A stretch of DNA of 64,000 nt from Heteronotia binoei (Eukaryota): NCBI RefSeq assembly GCF_032191835.1, contig NC_083236.1:26288001-26352000 (forward strand), read 5' to 3'. This document shows positions 46,337 to 57,691 of this stretch, one piece after another. A model generated the notes under the pieces. That model made no database searches, was not told where the DNA came from, and was given only the letters and a program-made list of their open reading frames with translations. Every line of letters begins with the position of its first letter. The stretch's first letter is position 1. Made by a program: the position numbers and the translations under genes.

Positions 46337-48196
46337 GTTCTATGTCATTCTGCCAGTTCCAAGAGATGAAAAACTAGCTGTTCTGGCAAGAGCCAAAAAT
46401 GGACTGAGCATGAGTGCCAGAAAGTGCCCCAGAATCCTTTGCGACACATGGGGGTCCAAGGCATATGTTCCTTGAAAAGCCATCCACTGGGGAAGGGGGA
46501 TGAAGGCAGAAAGTGCAGACACCGCTATCCCTGTCATCTGGTCTAATTGTAATGGTGTGGCTTAATGGGAAGGGGTGTCTCTCCTCCTATTCTAGGTTGA
46601 AGCATAAACTGCTCACTGTGACCAGTATAAATAGAAGGTAGTGAAGGGAGGTTCTGTTGTTCCTTCCGAGACAGTGCTCTGGACCAGTTAGCTTCCTTAG
46701 AAATTGTATTGTATGATTCTTATTTTGTCCCTTCTGAAGAGCTTTTCTCTCCTGCCAGCCTTTTCCATCTCCAAGCTGTTCTGCTAAGAGCAAACACATC
46801 TTTTTATGCCTTCTTATACCACAGGATTCTTGGCTCGGTCTTGTGACATCTTCCTTCCTGCCATGATTGGGCATGCTACACCATCTGTGTTCTGCCAAGG
46901 ATGGCGCTACATCATAAGTCAATATTAGGTCACGGTTGTCATGGTGCTTGCAATTCCTTCAGATTGTCCTTCATCATTTTATTGCCGCATTCTTTCCCAT
47001 TTGTCAAACTGTTCCCCTTGTGTTTCTTTCTAAACTAACTCCACCTCTATGTACAGGATCACAGAAGTCAAAGAACATGTCTAGGAAGGCACTTCTCCCT
47101 CATCCAGGAAAAATTCCTGGAAAAAGCAGTATGGGTGGGATTTGACCGCCTTTCCCAACATCAAGCCTTTGTGTCCTGTAGCCAGTTCCTCCACTCTTTG
47201 TGTGCCAGCAATGAGTTCTCTTAGATGGCTCTCCTCTCCAATCAGCTCATTCTAGGACCTGTAACAGTGCCTGTTTTGTTGTGGACTGGAAGATGGAACT
47301 GGTGTTTTTTGTGGGTGGGGGATTAACTGATTTCCTATGGAAGCCACAACCCAGCACCCTAATCTCAGTCTCCTTCCCCTGCTGGTTTGTCACTTGGTGG
47401 TAGTTAGTAGCACTAAACCATCTTCTGTTATCTAAGTATGCCCTCTTTAAAGCCAGGAGCAGTTGCCCAAGAGTTTTAACTGTTGCTTTTGAGAACCTTC
47501 ACACTGACAACACAAGCGTATAGGAACCCTGAGGATTCCAGAATGTCCAGTTTACTAAAGTTCTGTGTGGCTTTCAGATGATGTGTTCTGTCTCTGTGGA
47601 GGACAAGACTTACATTAATCCATTTACTGAACTATAATTTAAAAAAATAGTGCCATCTGGATTCTTGTATCTGTTCTGCATGAAAGACTTCCGCTTTGCA
47701 TGCAAGACTTGCTACATTTTGAATTTCAGTGCAAGATGTTCTGATTTTTTTCCTATGGAGTTTCTACGACCATACAGCTTTCTACAACCATACAGTTAAT
47801 TGCCATTTTTTTAAAGTTACAGTGTGTACTTTGGCATTTTTGTTTTGGATATCTTACATAGGTACATATGAAACTACCCATGACTATTGAGTCAATCAGT
47901 CAGAATTGTTTACTCAAACGGGCAGAAGGTCTCCAGGGTCTTAGGCAGAGGTCTGTTACATCATCTCCTATCTGATCCTTTTCTTAACCAACCATGCTGA
48001 GGATTGGACCAGGGACTGTCTGCAATTTACATGGTGGTTTCTTTTACTTTTATACCAAGTTGCACCATTGGTCTATTATATTAAACTTGTCTACCTTGAC
48101 TGGCACTGGACTTAGATCAAGCTTTTTCACATCACCTCCTCCCTGATAGTTAAAAAAATGCTGGAGATGCTGGGAATCAAGCCTGGCACCTTTTAC

Positions 48197-48385
48197 CAGG
48201 GCTGGATCTAGGGTGGGGGCAGAGGGGGGTGTTTGCCCCGGGTGCCACTGGAGGGGGGTGCCAAATTGGGTATGGAGTCCTTTCTATTCTATGGGCCCAT
48301 AAGGTAGAATGGGCCCATAAGGGGGCGCCATTTTTAAATTTTGCCCCCCCCCCCCAAAAAACCAAAACATGTAGATCCGGTCCTG
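48197..48385. mobile_element. hAT MITE (family B) inserted in a SINE
   Basis: TIRs cagggctggatcta / tagatccggtcctg; 8-bp TSD ccttttac / cattttac. Confidence 0.85.
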
Positions 48386-48451
48386 CATTTTACATTCAAA
48401 GCCAATGTTCTACCACTGAACTACAGTCCCTTATTTAGGCTGCCTTGAATG

Positions 48452-48550
48452 CAGAGCTTTTTTTGAGCAGGAGCTGGCTTGGTGTCAGGAGGTGTGGCCT
48501 AATATGGAAATGAGTTCCTGCTGGGCTTTTTCTACCAAAAAAAAGCCCTG
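48452..48550. mobile_element. Short hAT MITE (family C)
   Basis: cagagctttttttg / aaaaaaagccctg ends; flanks cttgaatg / cttccatg. Confidence 0.7.
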
Positions 48551-48960
48551 CTTCCATGTAATTGGGTCACAGGTCTATGAAGGCCAGTACCTATCTGATC
48601 TAACTTGCAGCGGCTCTGTAAGGTCACAGGTGGTGACCTTACTGACTTTGATGGACCAAGGGTCTGATTCAGTATAAGGCAGCTTCATATGTGGTGGTCT
48701 TTCACACCACAGCCTGTCCAATCCCTTTAACTGTAGAGCCTCGAGATTCAGCCTGGGACTTTCTATATGTAATGCTAGTGCTCTACCGCTGAGCTATAGG
48801 CAGTCACAGCTGAATGATTGACAACTAGATGCACAGCAGATCTCCCTTTCCTTCCCCTCTTTTCTGTTTGCAATTCTGACTGGAATTGTTTCTGCCAAGT
48901 AGCCCACTGATCAAATGCTGTGAGCTCTAGACAACGGAAGTCTGTGACAGAATAAAATCT

Positions 48961-49175
48961 TAGAACAGTTTGATTCCAGTGGCGCCTTTAAGACCCACAA
49001 AGTTTAATTCTGAGTATAAGCTTTTGTCTGTATGTACGCTAATTCAGAATCTAAAGAAGTGTGCACGTACACAAAAGCTTATATCCAGAATTAAACTTTG
49101 CTGGTCTTAAAGGTGCCACTGTCTGGAATCAAACTTTGTTCTATTGCTTTAGACCAACACGGCTACTCACCAGAA
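48961..49175. mobile_element. Palindromic Penelope-like terminal repeat
   Basis: 48961-49030 is the reverse complement of 49070-49143, plus a short extension also present at 50305-50340. Confidence 0.7.
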
Positions 49176-49379
49176 TAACAGTCTTTAACGTGCCATCATT
49201 CATTAGGATTTATTAGAATCCAGGAAAAGCCACCAAATGGACTGCTTTGTTTTGTCAGAGGCGTGTCGTGGGTTCTCCCTCGGCAGACACGCATCTGACA
49301 GCATGACCACAGAAGTCTGTGCCAGCATAATATCTTTTTTTTGTTGCTATGTCTCCCATACGCTTGTTTATGTGACTAA

Positions 49380-50000
49380 ACACAGACTACGGAGACCGCT
49401 CACCCTCTCGTGGACCGGCCACCTCAACCAGGCCGTGGGCGTTCAAGTGCTTCCCAGAGTGAGCCTCATCCTCTCTGCGCATGCGTCATTCCCGGGCGGG
49501 GAACACGAAAGCTCTTTACCGCCGGTCTTCGCTTCGCGCTCTAGCCGCGGCAGAGCTATGGGGGAGGCCTACATGCCGGTGGAAGCCGGGCTTGGCTGCG
49601 AGGAGAGTTTCCTCTCCTTGGGAGACATTCTTATGTCCCAGGAGAGGCTTCCGTGCCGCGCCGAGACCGCTCTGCCGCGCCTGGCCGCTGTGCTTGGTAA
49701 AGCCGGGCCCGAGCCTCTTGCTGCTGTCCCTGAGGTAACGTGGATGCTGATGGAAAAACTACATCTCCCGGTTGTCCCCTGGTGGAAATGATGACGTTTC
49801 CATCCGGGTTCTCTAAAAGGATACCCGCTGTGTAACAGGGGTTCTTGGATTAAGGGTTAAATTGCTGCTCGCGCGGAACTGTGGGGGCGTGGCCTGGCGT
49901 GCTGAATGGCTGCTGTCAACGCTCTCCGCCTCGGGAGGGGCGGGGCCGCACTTTCGCAGTCTGGATGGTAATAAAAGGCGCGAATGTGTGTTTAAATTGG
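49380..50000. promoter_or_regulatory. CpG island / GINS3 promoter with NRF1-like, GC-box and E2F-like motifs
   Basis: CpG-rich. TGCGCATGCG at 49476-49485, GGGGCGTGGC at 49884-49893, GGGGCGGGGC at 49937-49946, GGCGCGAA at 49977-49984. Confidence 0.85.
49558..49734 (+). CDS. GINS3: GINS complex subunit 3 (Psf3), coding exon 1 (177 nt)
   Basis: MGEAYMPVEAGLGCEESFLSLGDILMSQERLPCRAETALPRL...VPE. GAG|gtaac donor. Confidence 0.95.
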
Positions 50001-50110
50001 GGACAAAGTAAATAGCAGCTTTTTTGGTTTGAAGGAAGTTAAGCTGACTTTGACAGTTTATTCAGGTTTTGTTTATGATGAATTAATGTTACATGCAATA
50101 AAGTCTGGCT

Positions 50111-50340
50111 TAGTTTGAGTCCATTGGCATCTTTAAGACCAACAAAGTTTAATTCAAGGTATAATCTTTTGTGTGTGTGCCTACTTCTTCAGATACAGAT
50201 GTATAAGCTTTTGTGTAAGATGTAAACTTCTTAAGTGTGCATGCACACTTCCTTGGATAAAACTTCATTGGTCTTAAAGGTACCACTGGACTCAAACTTT
50301 GTTCTGCTGCTTCAAACCAACACATTTACCCACCTGAATC
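50111..50340. mobile_element. Palindromic Penelope-like terminal repeat in GINS3 intron 1
   Basis: tttgagtccattggcatctttaagaccaacaaagttt ... ttggtcttaaaggtaccactggactcaaa inverted arms. Confidence 0.7.
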
Positions 50341-50479
50341 TGTTTCTAGCATTCTATTTTGATTGCGGTAAAGTCTACTAGTCATGGTGCCAGTCCTTAC
50401 CAACGTTTACAGAATACCCCCCCCCCCCCCCGTGGTTCTGCGCCCAACTAAGAGAGGTTCTGCTGATGCAGGGGTTTCT

Positions 50480-50885
50480 TTGGGGGAGGAATGGTGTCTG
50501 AGATTTCTCCCACAGCTTTCACTTTTCCACTTAGTTGCAAGTATTACTTTTACAGCAGTTAGCATGTATCTGAGTAATTAATGCATGGTTGTGTCCACAT
50601 TCATTGGTAGAATTCCTAATAACATTGCCTCTGGTGACATAGCAAATTAAATGGGCTTTTGATCCAGTCCGAAATGCAAAGTAGGCAAACTGGTAATACA
50701 ACTTAATATTAGGGACTGCTAAACCTCTTTTTTTTTGTTTCATCTTGTAAAACTTTGAATCTGACCTTTGGTTTCTTGCCACTCCATATGAAAGTGTTTA
50801 TCTGTTTCTGCCAGTCCTTTAGGTAGGATCTTATGTATCTCAATTGGTAACATTTGAAATAAAAATGAATGTTCTACCCAAGACA
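50480..50885 (-). mobile_element. L1-clade LINE ORF2 fragment
   Basis: Minus strand FLFQMLPI, WQKQINTFIWSGKKPKVRFKVLQD, GLAVPNIKLYYQ and MLTAVKVILATKWK, with frameshifts and an internal deletion. Confidence 0.7.
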
Positions 50886-51020
50886 CAGCCAAATCTCATG
50901 AGTTACCAAAGTGACCACAATGTAGCAGTGTGGAAGTTCCTTGGAATATGTTTAGTGAATCTGCTGCCAGTCCTCTGGTCTCTGTATAATCTTAATGTGA
51001 TAGATTTTAGAGTGACTTGG

Positions 51021-51180
51021 AGAGGAGCTGTGACTGAGTGACAGAGCACCTGCTTTGCATGCCAGGGCCCCACCTTCAGTCTTCATCTCCTAAAGGATCA
51101 GGTCGTGATGTAAAAGCCATCTACTCAAGACCCTGGATAACTGTTGCCAGTCAACCCAAGATAAAGCAGGCTTCGTGTGC
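51021..51180 (+). mobile_element. Squam2-like SINE, degraded
   Basis: gctgtgactgagtgacagagcacctgctttgcatgc head; gaccctgga...tgccagt body. Confidence 0.6.
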
Positions 51181-51258
51181 CTCTTGGTAATATTAAAAAT
51201 ATTTAAGAATGTTGTTAATTGTTCACTTTTTATCTTTCCTATTCTTCATGGTCTGCAG

Positions 51259-51492
51259 GGCACAAAGCTGGAAATTCCCCTTTGGCTGGCAAAAGGCTTA
51301 TATGACAATAAGCGGAGGATTCTTTCTGTGGAACTGCCAAAGATTTACAGGGAGAGCTGGCGGACGGTGTTCAGTGCAGACGCCAATGTGATTGACCTGC
51401 ATAAACTGGGGCCCTTTTACTATGGATTTGGCTCCCAGTTGCTGAATTTTGACAGTCCTGAAAATGCTGAAATAGCTCAGACCATATTGCAG
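51259..51492 (+). CDS. GINS3: GINS3 coding exon 2 (234 nt)
   Basis: GTKLEIPLWLAKGLYDNKRRILSVELPKIYRESWRTVFSADANVIDLHKLGPFYYGFGSQLLNFDSPENAEIAQTILQ. ctgcag| acceptor, CAG|gtaaa donor. Confidence 0.97.
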
Positions 51493-53078
51493 GTAAAACT
51501 CTGAACTGGGCAGAAAATGGCCAGTGCTTCTTTTTGTTTTCTGTTTACCTATTTTGCTTTGCCTGTGTTGGCCTCCCTATGTCCTACTTGACTGGGACAC
51601 TCGATGTTATGTACTCAAACTGTCTATAGTGTTACAATGGAAATTGTGCAGTTTTGGATATTATGGAGCCCAGAAAAAGAGAGATTGTTATATTTTTCTG
51701 ATGCAATGCATTCTCTCTCTCTTTTCTACTGATCCAGCTCCCATAAGTGGGCAAGTGCAATATTTGGGGGTGGGTGCTGCATTTGAAAGACTGCACATTT
51801 TTGCCATACTGACAACTGTCTCTAGTGGCAAAGTTAAGTGAAATAGATTGAAGTATGTCTAAATCTGAAAGTACATTCTCTTGATCCTAGAGGTTCAGTC
51901 CTGAATATAAATGTAACACTTGGCTGCTTGTATACATCGAATGGTTAGAGAAGTTATGGATTTCAGACAGTTTCCCCTTCCTCCAGTTCCTTTAATGTAC
52001 TGAAAGGGTCATGCTGCTCTTTTTTTCCCCCTTTCCCAAGCAGCTTTTGCAAGATCAGTTTTATTTGGAAGTATGGAGAAGGGACTACAGAGTTGGAGCA
52101 GCCAGGATGGGTTGTGCTAGTCCCAGGTATAATAAGTAAAAACCAATTGGCTGCTACTTCAAGCATCTTGCACAGTGGGGCTCTCTTTTTTCCATGCCAG
52201 CCTTCCAGGGAGCCCCTGTCTCCTTCATTTCATCTGACCAGATTCTTGAACATGTTCAAGAACTTTCCCAATTTTAATTTTATTATTTATAGCCTGCTTT
52301 TCTCCATAGTAGGGACTTTACAATATAATTACAACAGAAGTAAATGGGGGAGGGTGGGTTCTGAATACAGAACAGGTCCTGGTTGCTCACTATATTTCTC
52401 TGCAAGCAGATCTCTCCCCCCACCCCCCGCTCTAGACTATAGTCCTCAGGCCAAGAGCACTTCAGTTTGTTCCTCCAGGCACAGCAGGAGAGCTGAAAGC
52501 AACTGGAAAAGACTTTTAGGAGAAGGCTGGGCTTAAAAAGAAATTTGAAGACCATTCTGCAAAGATGGATCCTTCTTGGTTCTATGTCCTGGTTTTACTG
52601 TCACAGGAGAAGCATGTACAGATGCTCCAAAAGCCATGGGCTTTTTTCTCCATTGGGATAGTAAGGTCATGCCAACAGGAGCAGAATACAGTCTCTCCAA
52701 CATGCTCTGGGATGAATTATTCTACCATAACCACCCCTTCAAAAAAGATGATTGTTCTGGTTCCATATTGTTAGCTTTGGGTTGCCACTGGAATTCCTAT
52801 TGTCCCTTCCTCTTTAGAGTTTTTTTTCCTTTTAACTTTTGTAAGTTTGTTTTAGGTTTTTTAATTTTGTATGCTGAAGTAAAGACCTAAACCTGAGAGG
52901 GTCCTCCCAGCCGGAAGTGGCTTCCAGTGTTTTCTTGGTATTTTTCACCCTGCTTCTTACAGAGGAGGTGTTTATCTTTAGCTGCCTACTTTACTGCTTG
53001 CTGGCTAGAAAGAAACTTTCTGGTAAAATCCCCTTTCTGTTCTTCCATTCTAAGTAGTAATTTTTTTCCTCTTGTTAG

Positions 53079-53309
53079 ACATTTATTGGCCGTTTCCGTC
53101 GCATTATGGACTCATCTCAGAATGCTTATAATGAAGACACGTCTGCATTGGTGGCCCAGTTGGACGAGTTGGAGAGAGTTTTATTTCAAGTTGGCCAGAA
53201 AGGTCTAAATGACTTCCAGTCCTGGGAAATGGGTCAGGCCTCTCAGATCACAGCATCCAGCTTGGTCCAGAATTATCGGAAGAGAAAATTTACTGACTTG
53301 GACAACTGA
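53079..53309 (+). CDS. GINS3: GINS3 last coding exon (231 nt including TGA); total protein 213 aa
   Basis: TFIGRFRRIMDSSQNAYNEDTSALVAQLDELER...NYRKRKFTDLDN*. ttgttag| acceptor. Confidence 0.97.
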   Translation, partial: TFIGRFRRIMDSSQNAYNEDTSALVAQLDELERVLFQVGQKGLNDFQSWEMGQASQITASSLVQNYRKRKFTDLDN

Positions 53310-54385
53310 GAGCATGGAAAACATTAAACTTTCATCCAGAACATTTTGCCAAACTGTATGGTCAATTTTATACCAGTGGGGGACATATAGGGAAAATACG
53401 TTCTTGTACTATGATTTAAAACTAATTCTGGTAACTTGAGACTTAGCCCAGAGTATATTTCTGAGAATCCTGCAGTGTGTATCTGTGTACATCCCATGAG
53501 GATCAGTGGGATCAACTCTGCTTCACAGTTGAACAGATACAAGCAGTACACACGTGCCACCTTGTAGATCCATCAACATTTTGATTATTCTAATCCAAAT
53601 GTGTTGTACTCTTTTAAGGAGGGAGTCTAGAAATGCAAAGCAAAACTGCTGAGTTTGATGTCTCTGGAAATCATTTGTGGGATAAATTAGTTGGGGAAAT
53701 CATTGTACTTCTATTTTGCTTTAAGTACCAGTAAAATGTCTTTTGATATGAAGAAAAGTTAGTACCTAGAAGTTTTATTGTGACTCTTATCTTCTCTGAA
53801 TGATGTCCTCAGCAATGACTGCGCTTAATCATAATTAATTTAGTTGTCCTTACTTTCTTTGAAGGAACAGCCTGAACTGTAGGTTTGTGAATGGAGCAGG
53901 CATCTCTAGCCAGATTTCTTAGCACTGTGCCATAGCTACTTTTGTCTGTGCTGCTTCCTTCCCTGTAATATTTCCAACACAATTCCTGGACCAAGTTCTT
54001 CCTAGGAATACTTACCTATAGGATTTTTTGCTTGTTACTGGCACTGTCAGATCAGTCCTGCAGTTTATATACTGCTGTGTAAAGCTCAAGACTTTGAGGG
54101 AAGTGGTTATCCCAGCTGAGTTTTCTGCACTGGTGCCTGATCATGTTTTCAGACAGTCTGTGGCATCTGTGACTCACAGTGCTATCCTATTTAAAGCTGT
54201 TCCAGTTGAAGCCTGTAGAAATTAGGTAGTCAGACTGGAATAACTGTACATAAGATTGTACTGTGATTGTCTTAGATGAGGAGACACATTACCATGGAAA
54301 CCTGTCTTTAAAATCTGTGCCTGGGTGCAGAGGACCGGAGATGAATGTTGAAAAACACTTGGAATTGGAACTTGCAAGCCTGAAT

Positions 54386-54530
54386 GGGAGGGGATGTGGC
54401 TCAGTGGAAGAGCATCTGCTTGGCATGCAGAAGCTCATAAGGTTCAAATCCTGGCATCTTCTGTTAAAAAGGAGCAGGCAATAGGAGAGTAAAAAAAAGA
54501 TCTCTGGCTGAGACACTGGAGAGTCACTGC
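54386..54530 (+). mobile_element. Squam2-like SINE, 3'-truncated
   Basis: tgtggctcagtggaagagcatctgcttggcatgcagaag...ggttcaaatcc. Confidence 0.75.
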
Positions 54531-54919
54531 CAAAATGTGTGCCAACTTTTAAACACTAGAGGACATTTCAGAACACCCGAGCTTGATTTAGTGTGCACAC
54601 AATGGTTGTATTTTTTTAAAATCACCCAAGTGTGAATTCTGCAGGAATTTGTAAGATGCACTGAAAACTAACACTTTTGGGATGTCAGTTTGCACAACAG
54701 ATTACTCGGACCATGTGGCATGCAGAAAGAATACAGGTAAACACCTTTGCTGGGCACACAGCATTTCAGGCAAACTATTGTTTAGGCAGTGAAAAGTCCA
54801 GGTCAACTTTGGTAGAAGCTCAGGAGACAGTAGAAAGGTTGTATGTATGTGTATTTCAGTCTCTCTCTCACACACACAGATGAGCACAGAATTTTTAAAA
54901 ATATTGGTAGTATGTAGAT

Positions 54920-55954
54920 CAGGGGTGTCAAACATGTGACATGGGGGCCAAATTAGGTCCATGAAGGGCTCCTATCAGGCCCCCAAGCAACTGGCTGTCA
55001 TCTGCTTCCTTCTCCCTCTTTCTTGCTTCCTTCTATTTATTATTTTATTTATTTATTTATTTTGTGATTTCTATCCCGCCCTTCCCAATGAGTGGCTCAG
55101 GGCGGGTTACAACATAGGAGTCTAACATAAATAGGAATTAAGTGTAAAACATTTAAATTCAAACATTAGACCATTTAAAACATTAAAGCATTTAAAACAT
55201 TTAAACAGTTAAAACATTTAAAACATTTAGAGGCAGCGAACATCCAATATAACTGCGCGCAGTTTCTTATACCAGCTAGTCATAGGCCAGCCGGAAGAGG
55301 GTTGTTTTACAGGCCCTGCGGAACTGGGTAAGGTCCCGCAGGGCCCTCACCTCTTCCGGCAGCTGGTTCCACCAGGAGGGGGCCATAGTAGAAAAGGCCC
55401 GGTCCCTTGTCGATTTTAAGCGGACTTCCTTTGGCCCGGGGATGACTAGGAGATTTTGTGTTCCCGATCTCAGCACTTCTGCATCACAGCTTGCTTTTCC
55501 AGGCTTGCTCAATCGCTCAGGGGCTACAGAGCAAAGCCTCTATTTTCTCCATTGGCTGAGGCTCCTCCCTTGGGGAGGAAGAGGGGGAATAGCTTCCTTT
55601 GCCAGGCTGTCTCAATCGCACAGCAGAGCTACTGAGTCAAACCTCTCTTCCTTCTACTGACTGAGGCTCCTCCTCCTCCTGGTCCCCTGGGGAAGGAAGG
55701 AAAGAGCCAGAGCTTCCTTTGCTCAGTTCCCTGGATTGCACAGGAGAGATATAGAGAAAGCACGTTTAAGACCAATGAGTGCTAATGTTTTAAGCATGTT
55801 TTATTTAAAGTTTTTAAAAAATCTTTGTCTCTGTCCTTTATAAAGTTTATATTTCTGCTACTTGGCATTACATTTTATGACACATATGACCCGGCCCAAC
55901 AAGGTCTCATTTATATCTGATCCGGCCCTCATAACAACTGAGTTGGCACCCCTG
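54920..55954. mobile_element. Non-autonomous hAT (Charlie-type) element with a nested L2
   Basis: TIRs caggggtgtcaaac / gttggcacccctg; perfect 8-bp TSD atgtagat. Confidence 0.9.
55035..55475 (-). mobile_element. Young 5'-truncated L2 LINE
   Basis: Uninterrupted ORF2 C-terminus ...RDRAFSTMAPSWWNQLPEEVRALRDLTQFRRACKTTLFRLAYD*, CpG-rich, (AAAT)n-like tail, 5-bp direct repeat cttct. Confidence 0.88.
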
Positions 55955-56221
55955 ATGTAGATAAGCGGTTTGAATCTGATTTAAGTTTGGTCATTGCTCT
56001 GAAGCAACACTCACAACTGGTGTCTCCCAATAGTGCTATAACAATGGATCGATCCTCTACTTATAATACTGAAAATGTTTGAGTTGACTTATCAAGGCAG
56101 AAAAAATAATGGGATTACTTGTCATATAGCAGAAATGGAGAGAGGAGATGATAAGGAGTGGATTCAATGCATTGTTTTGCTAGCAAGATCGTTAGTGGGA
56201 CATAGGAGTCTAAAAAGGTCC

Positions 56222-56440
56222 GACTCGGGCTAGCCTGATCTCTTCAGCTCGCAGAAGCTAAGCAGGGTCGACTCTGGCAAGTATTTGAACAGGAGACCTA
56301 CATGGAATACCAGAACCAGGAGGCAGGGGAGTCTTTATTCAGCCATCTCCCTAAATATCCTCCATGTCCCCAGCAAGGGTCAGTTACCAGAGGTCACCAT
56401 GACCTCCAAGTGCACACACGCATAACAATACAAAAAAAGA
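56222..56440 (+). mobile_element. 5S-headed SINE with a divergent body and A-rich tail
   Basis: gaagctaagcagggtcg (5S box A), ggagacc...ggaatacc, then a non-5S body ending gcacacacgcataacaatacaaaaaaa. Confidence 0.7.
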
Positions 56441-57013
56441 ACGCTTGCATTGCAGACTTGCCAGAAACTAGTGTATCATGACATCCTTCCAAGAATCCCA
56501 AGAGCTGCAGTTGTTGCAATGAGTGTTCATTATTTATATAGCATGTTTTAGTGGACAGAGTTATTTACAATCACTGATTGCCACAGTCACCTTTGAGGAT
56601 AGTAATTTATCTCTGATTTGAACGTCTTACAAAGATGCAATCCTAAAGTATGTCAAAATTACATTTTGCCAAGCTTTCTAGTTTCTTGGAGCTTGTTCTG
56701 GCGGTTACGTAGTTTACCTCATCAGTGAATACATAACATTAGGAGGATTTGCTCCAATGCCCTTGTTAAGCATCATTTTCCATTTTGTTCCAACTCACTC
56801 AAGCTGGAGAGAACCTCCTTCAGGGTATGAGTGGGATTTTTTTGTGCCTGTAAGGGATAGCCTGCAAACCTTATTATTCTCATGTACATTTGCTGTGCTC
56901 CATAAATATATTAGGGCAGTCATCTGACAGAGTTTTGAGGATTGGTTATCTGCCCCCATATTTAAGTACACTCAAATTAATGTACATATTTCCAAAGCCT
57001 TGCTGTGTATTTT

Positions 57014-57103
57014 CAGTGTTCCCTCTAAGCTGTGGAGGGTTGTGAGAAAAAAATTCTACTTGGTGAGCCAAAAGAGCTACTAGCATTAAAGTTGTAAGTG
57101 AGC
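57014..57103. mobile_element. Partial hAT element (family A, reverse orientation)
   Basis: cagtgttccctctaagctg...gagctactagcattaaagttgt is the reverse complement of the right end of 438-631. Confidence 0.65.
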
Positions 57104-57691
57104 CTATGTTTGACTAAAAACGAAGATTAGTTTTTTAGAAGATGATTACCATAACCTTGTAAAAATCTCAGAATGGATCTGCTTGCCATAAGCCGTGACT
57201 CTCCTCCACCACCACCAATAACTTAGCTCTGCTTGGTGATGGCTCTTTCTCAGGCTGAGCATTGCAAGCTCTAATCCTGATCATACCCGGATCCTGAACA
57301 TTGGGCTTTCTGTATGTATGGCATTTGTGCCACCACTAAGTTACAGCCAATCTTTGTTACAGCTAGTGGGTTTCTTATGGAACTAAGGCTCCTAACAGAC
57401 ACCTGCTAACTTGCTTTCATGTGTCAGCTGGAGGCAGATGACAACAAGTGTCCCTCTTGGAATTATGGTGGCTTTTGATTAGAATTTCCTTGTTGGTGGT
57501 CCTGGGTTATAAAGTGGGCTGTAGCCAACACTATCTACTGCTCCTTCAAATTGACTGCTCTGGCTTTGGGCTGCTTTTTCTGCTGCCCTGGGAGGTTAGG
57601 TTGCTGCTTTACTTTAATCATTCTCAGAGATGAGAGCTCTTCCCACCTGAGCACCTTTTGTTGTCAAGTGCCCTGAGCACTGGATGGAAGA

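Larger units (their letters stand above)
47865..48800. mobile_element. Cluster of Squam2-like SINE pieces in both orientations with nested MITEs
   Basis: Segments match 29403-29612 (e.g. actgactttgatggaccaagggtctgattcagtataaggcagcttca at 48640-48690; reverse heads ctaccactgaactac and ctaccgctgagctat). Confidence 0.65.

Noticed and set aside
46587-46922. 111-aa minus-strand ORF with a phase-0 donor at about 46607 as a possible PRSS54 first coding exon
   Set aside because: It would place about 100 unrelated residues before the signal peptide, and has no similarity to PRSS54 N-termini.
49237-49791. 184-aa ORF
   Set aside because: It is GINS3 exon 1 plus upstream and intronic read-through; homology starts at MGEAY (49558) and ends at the donor (49734).
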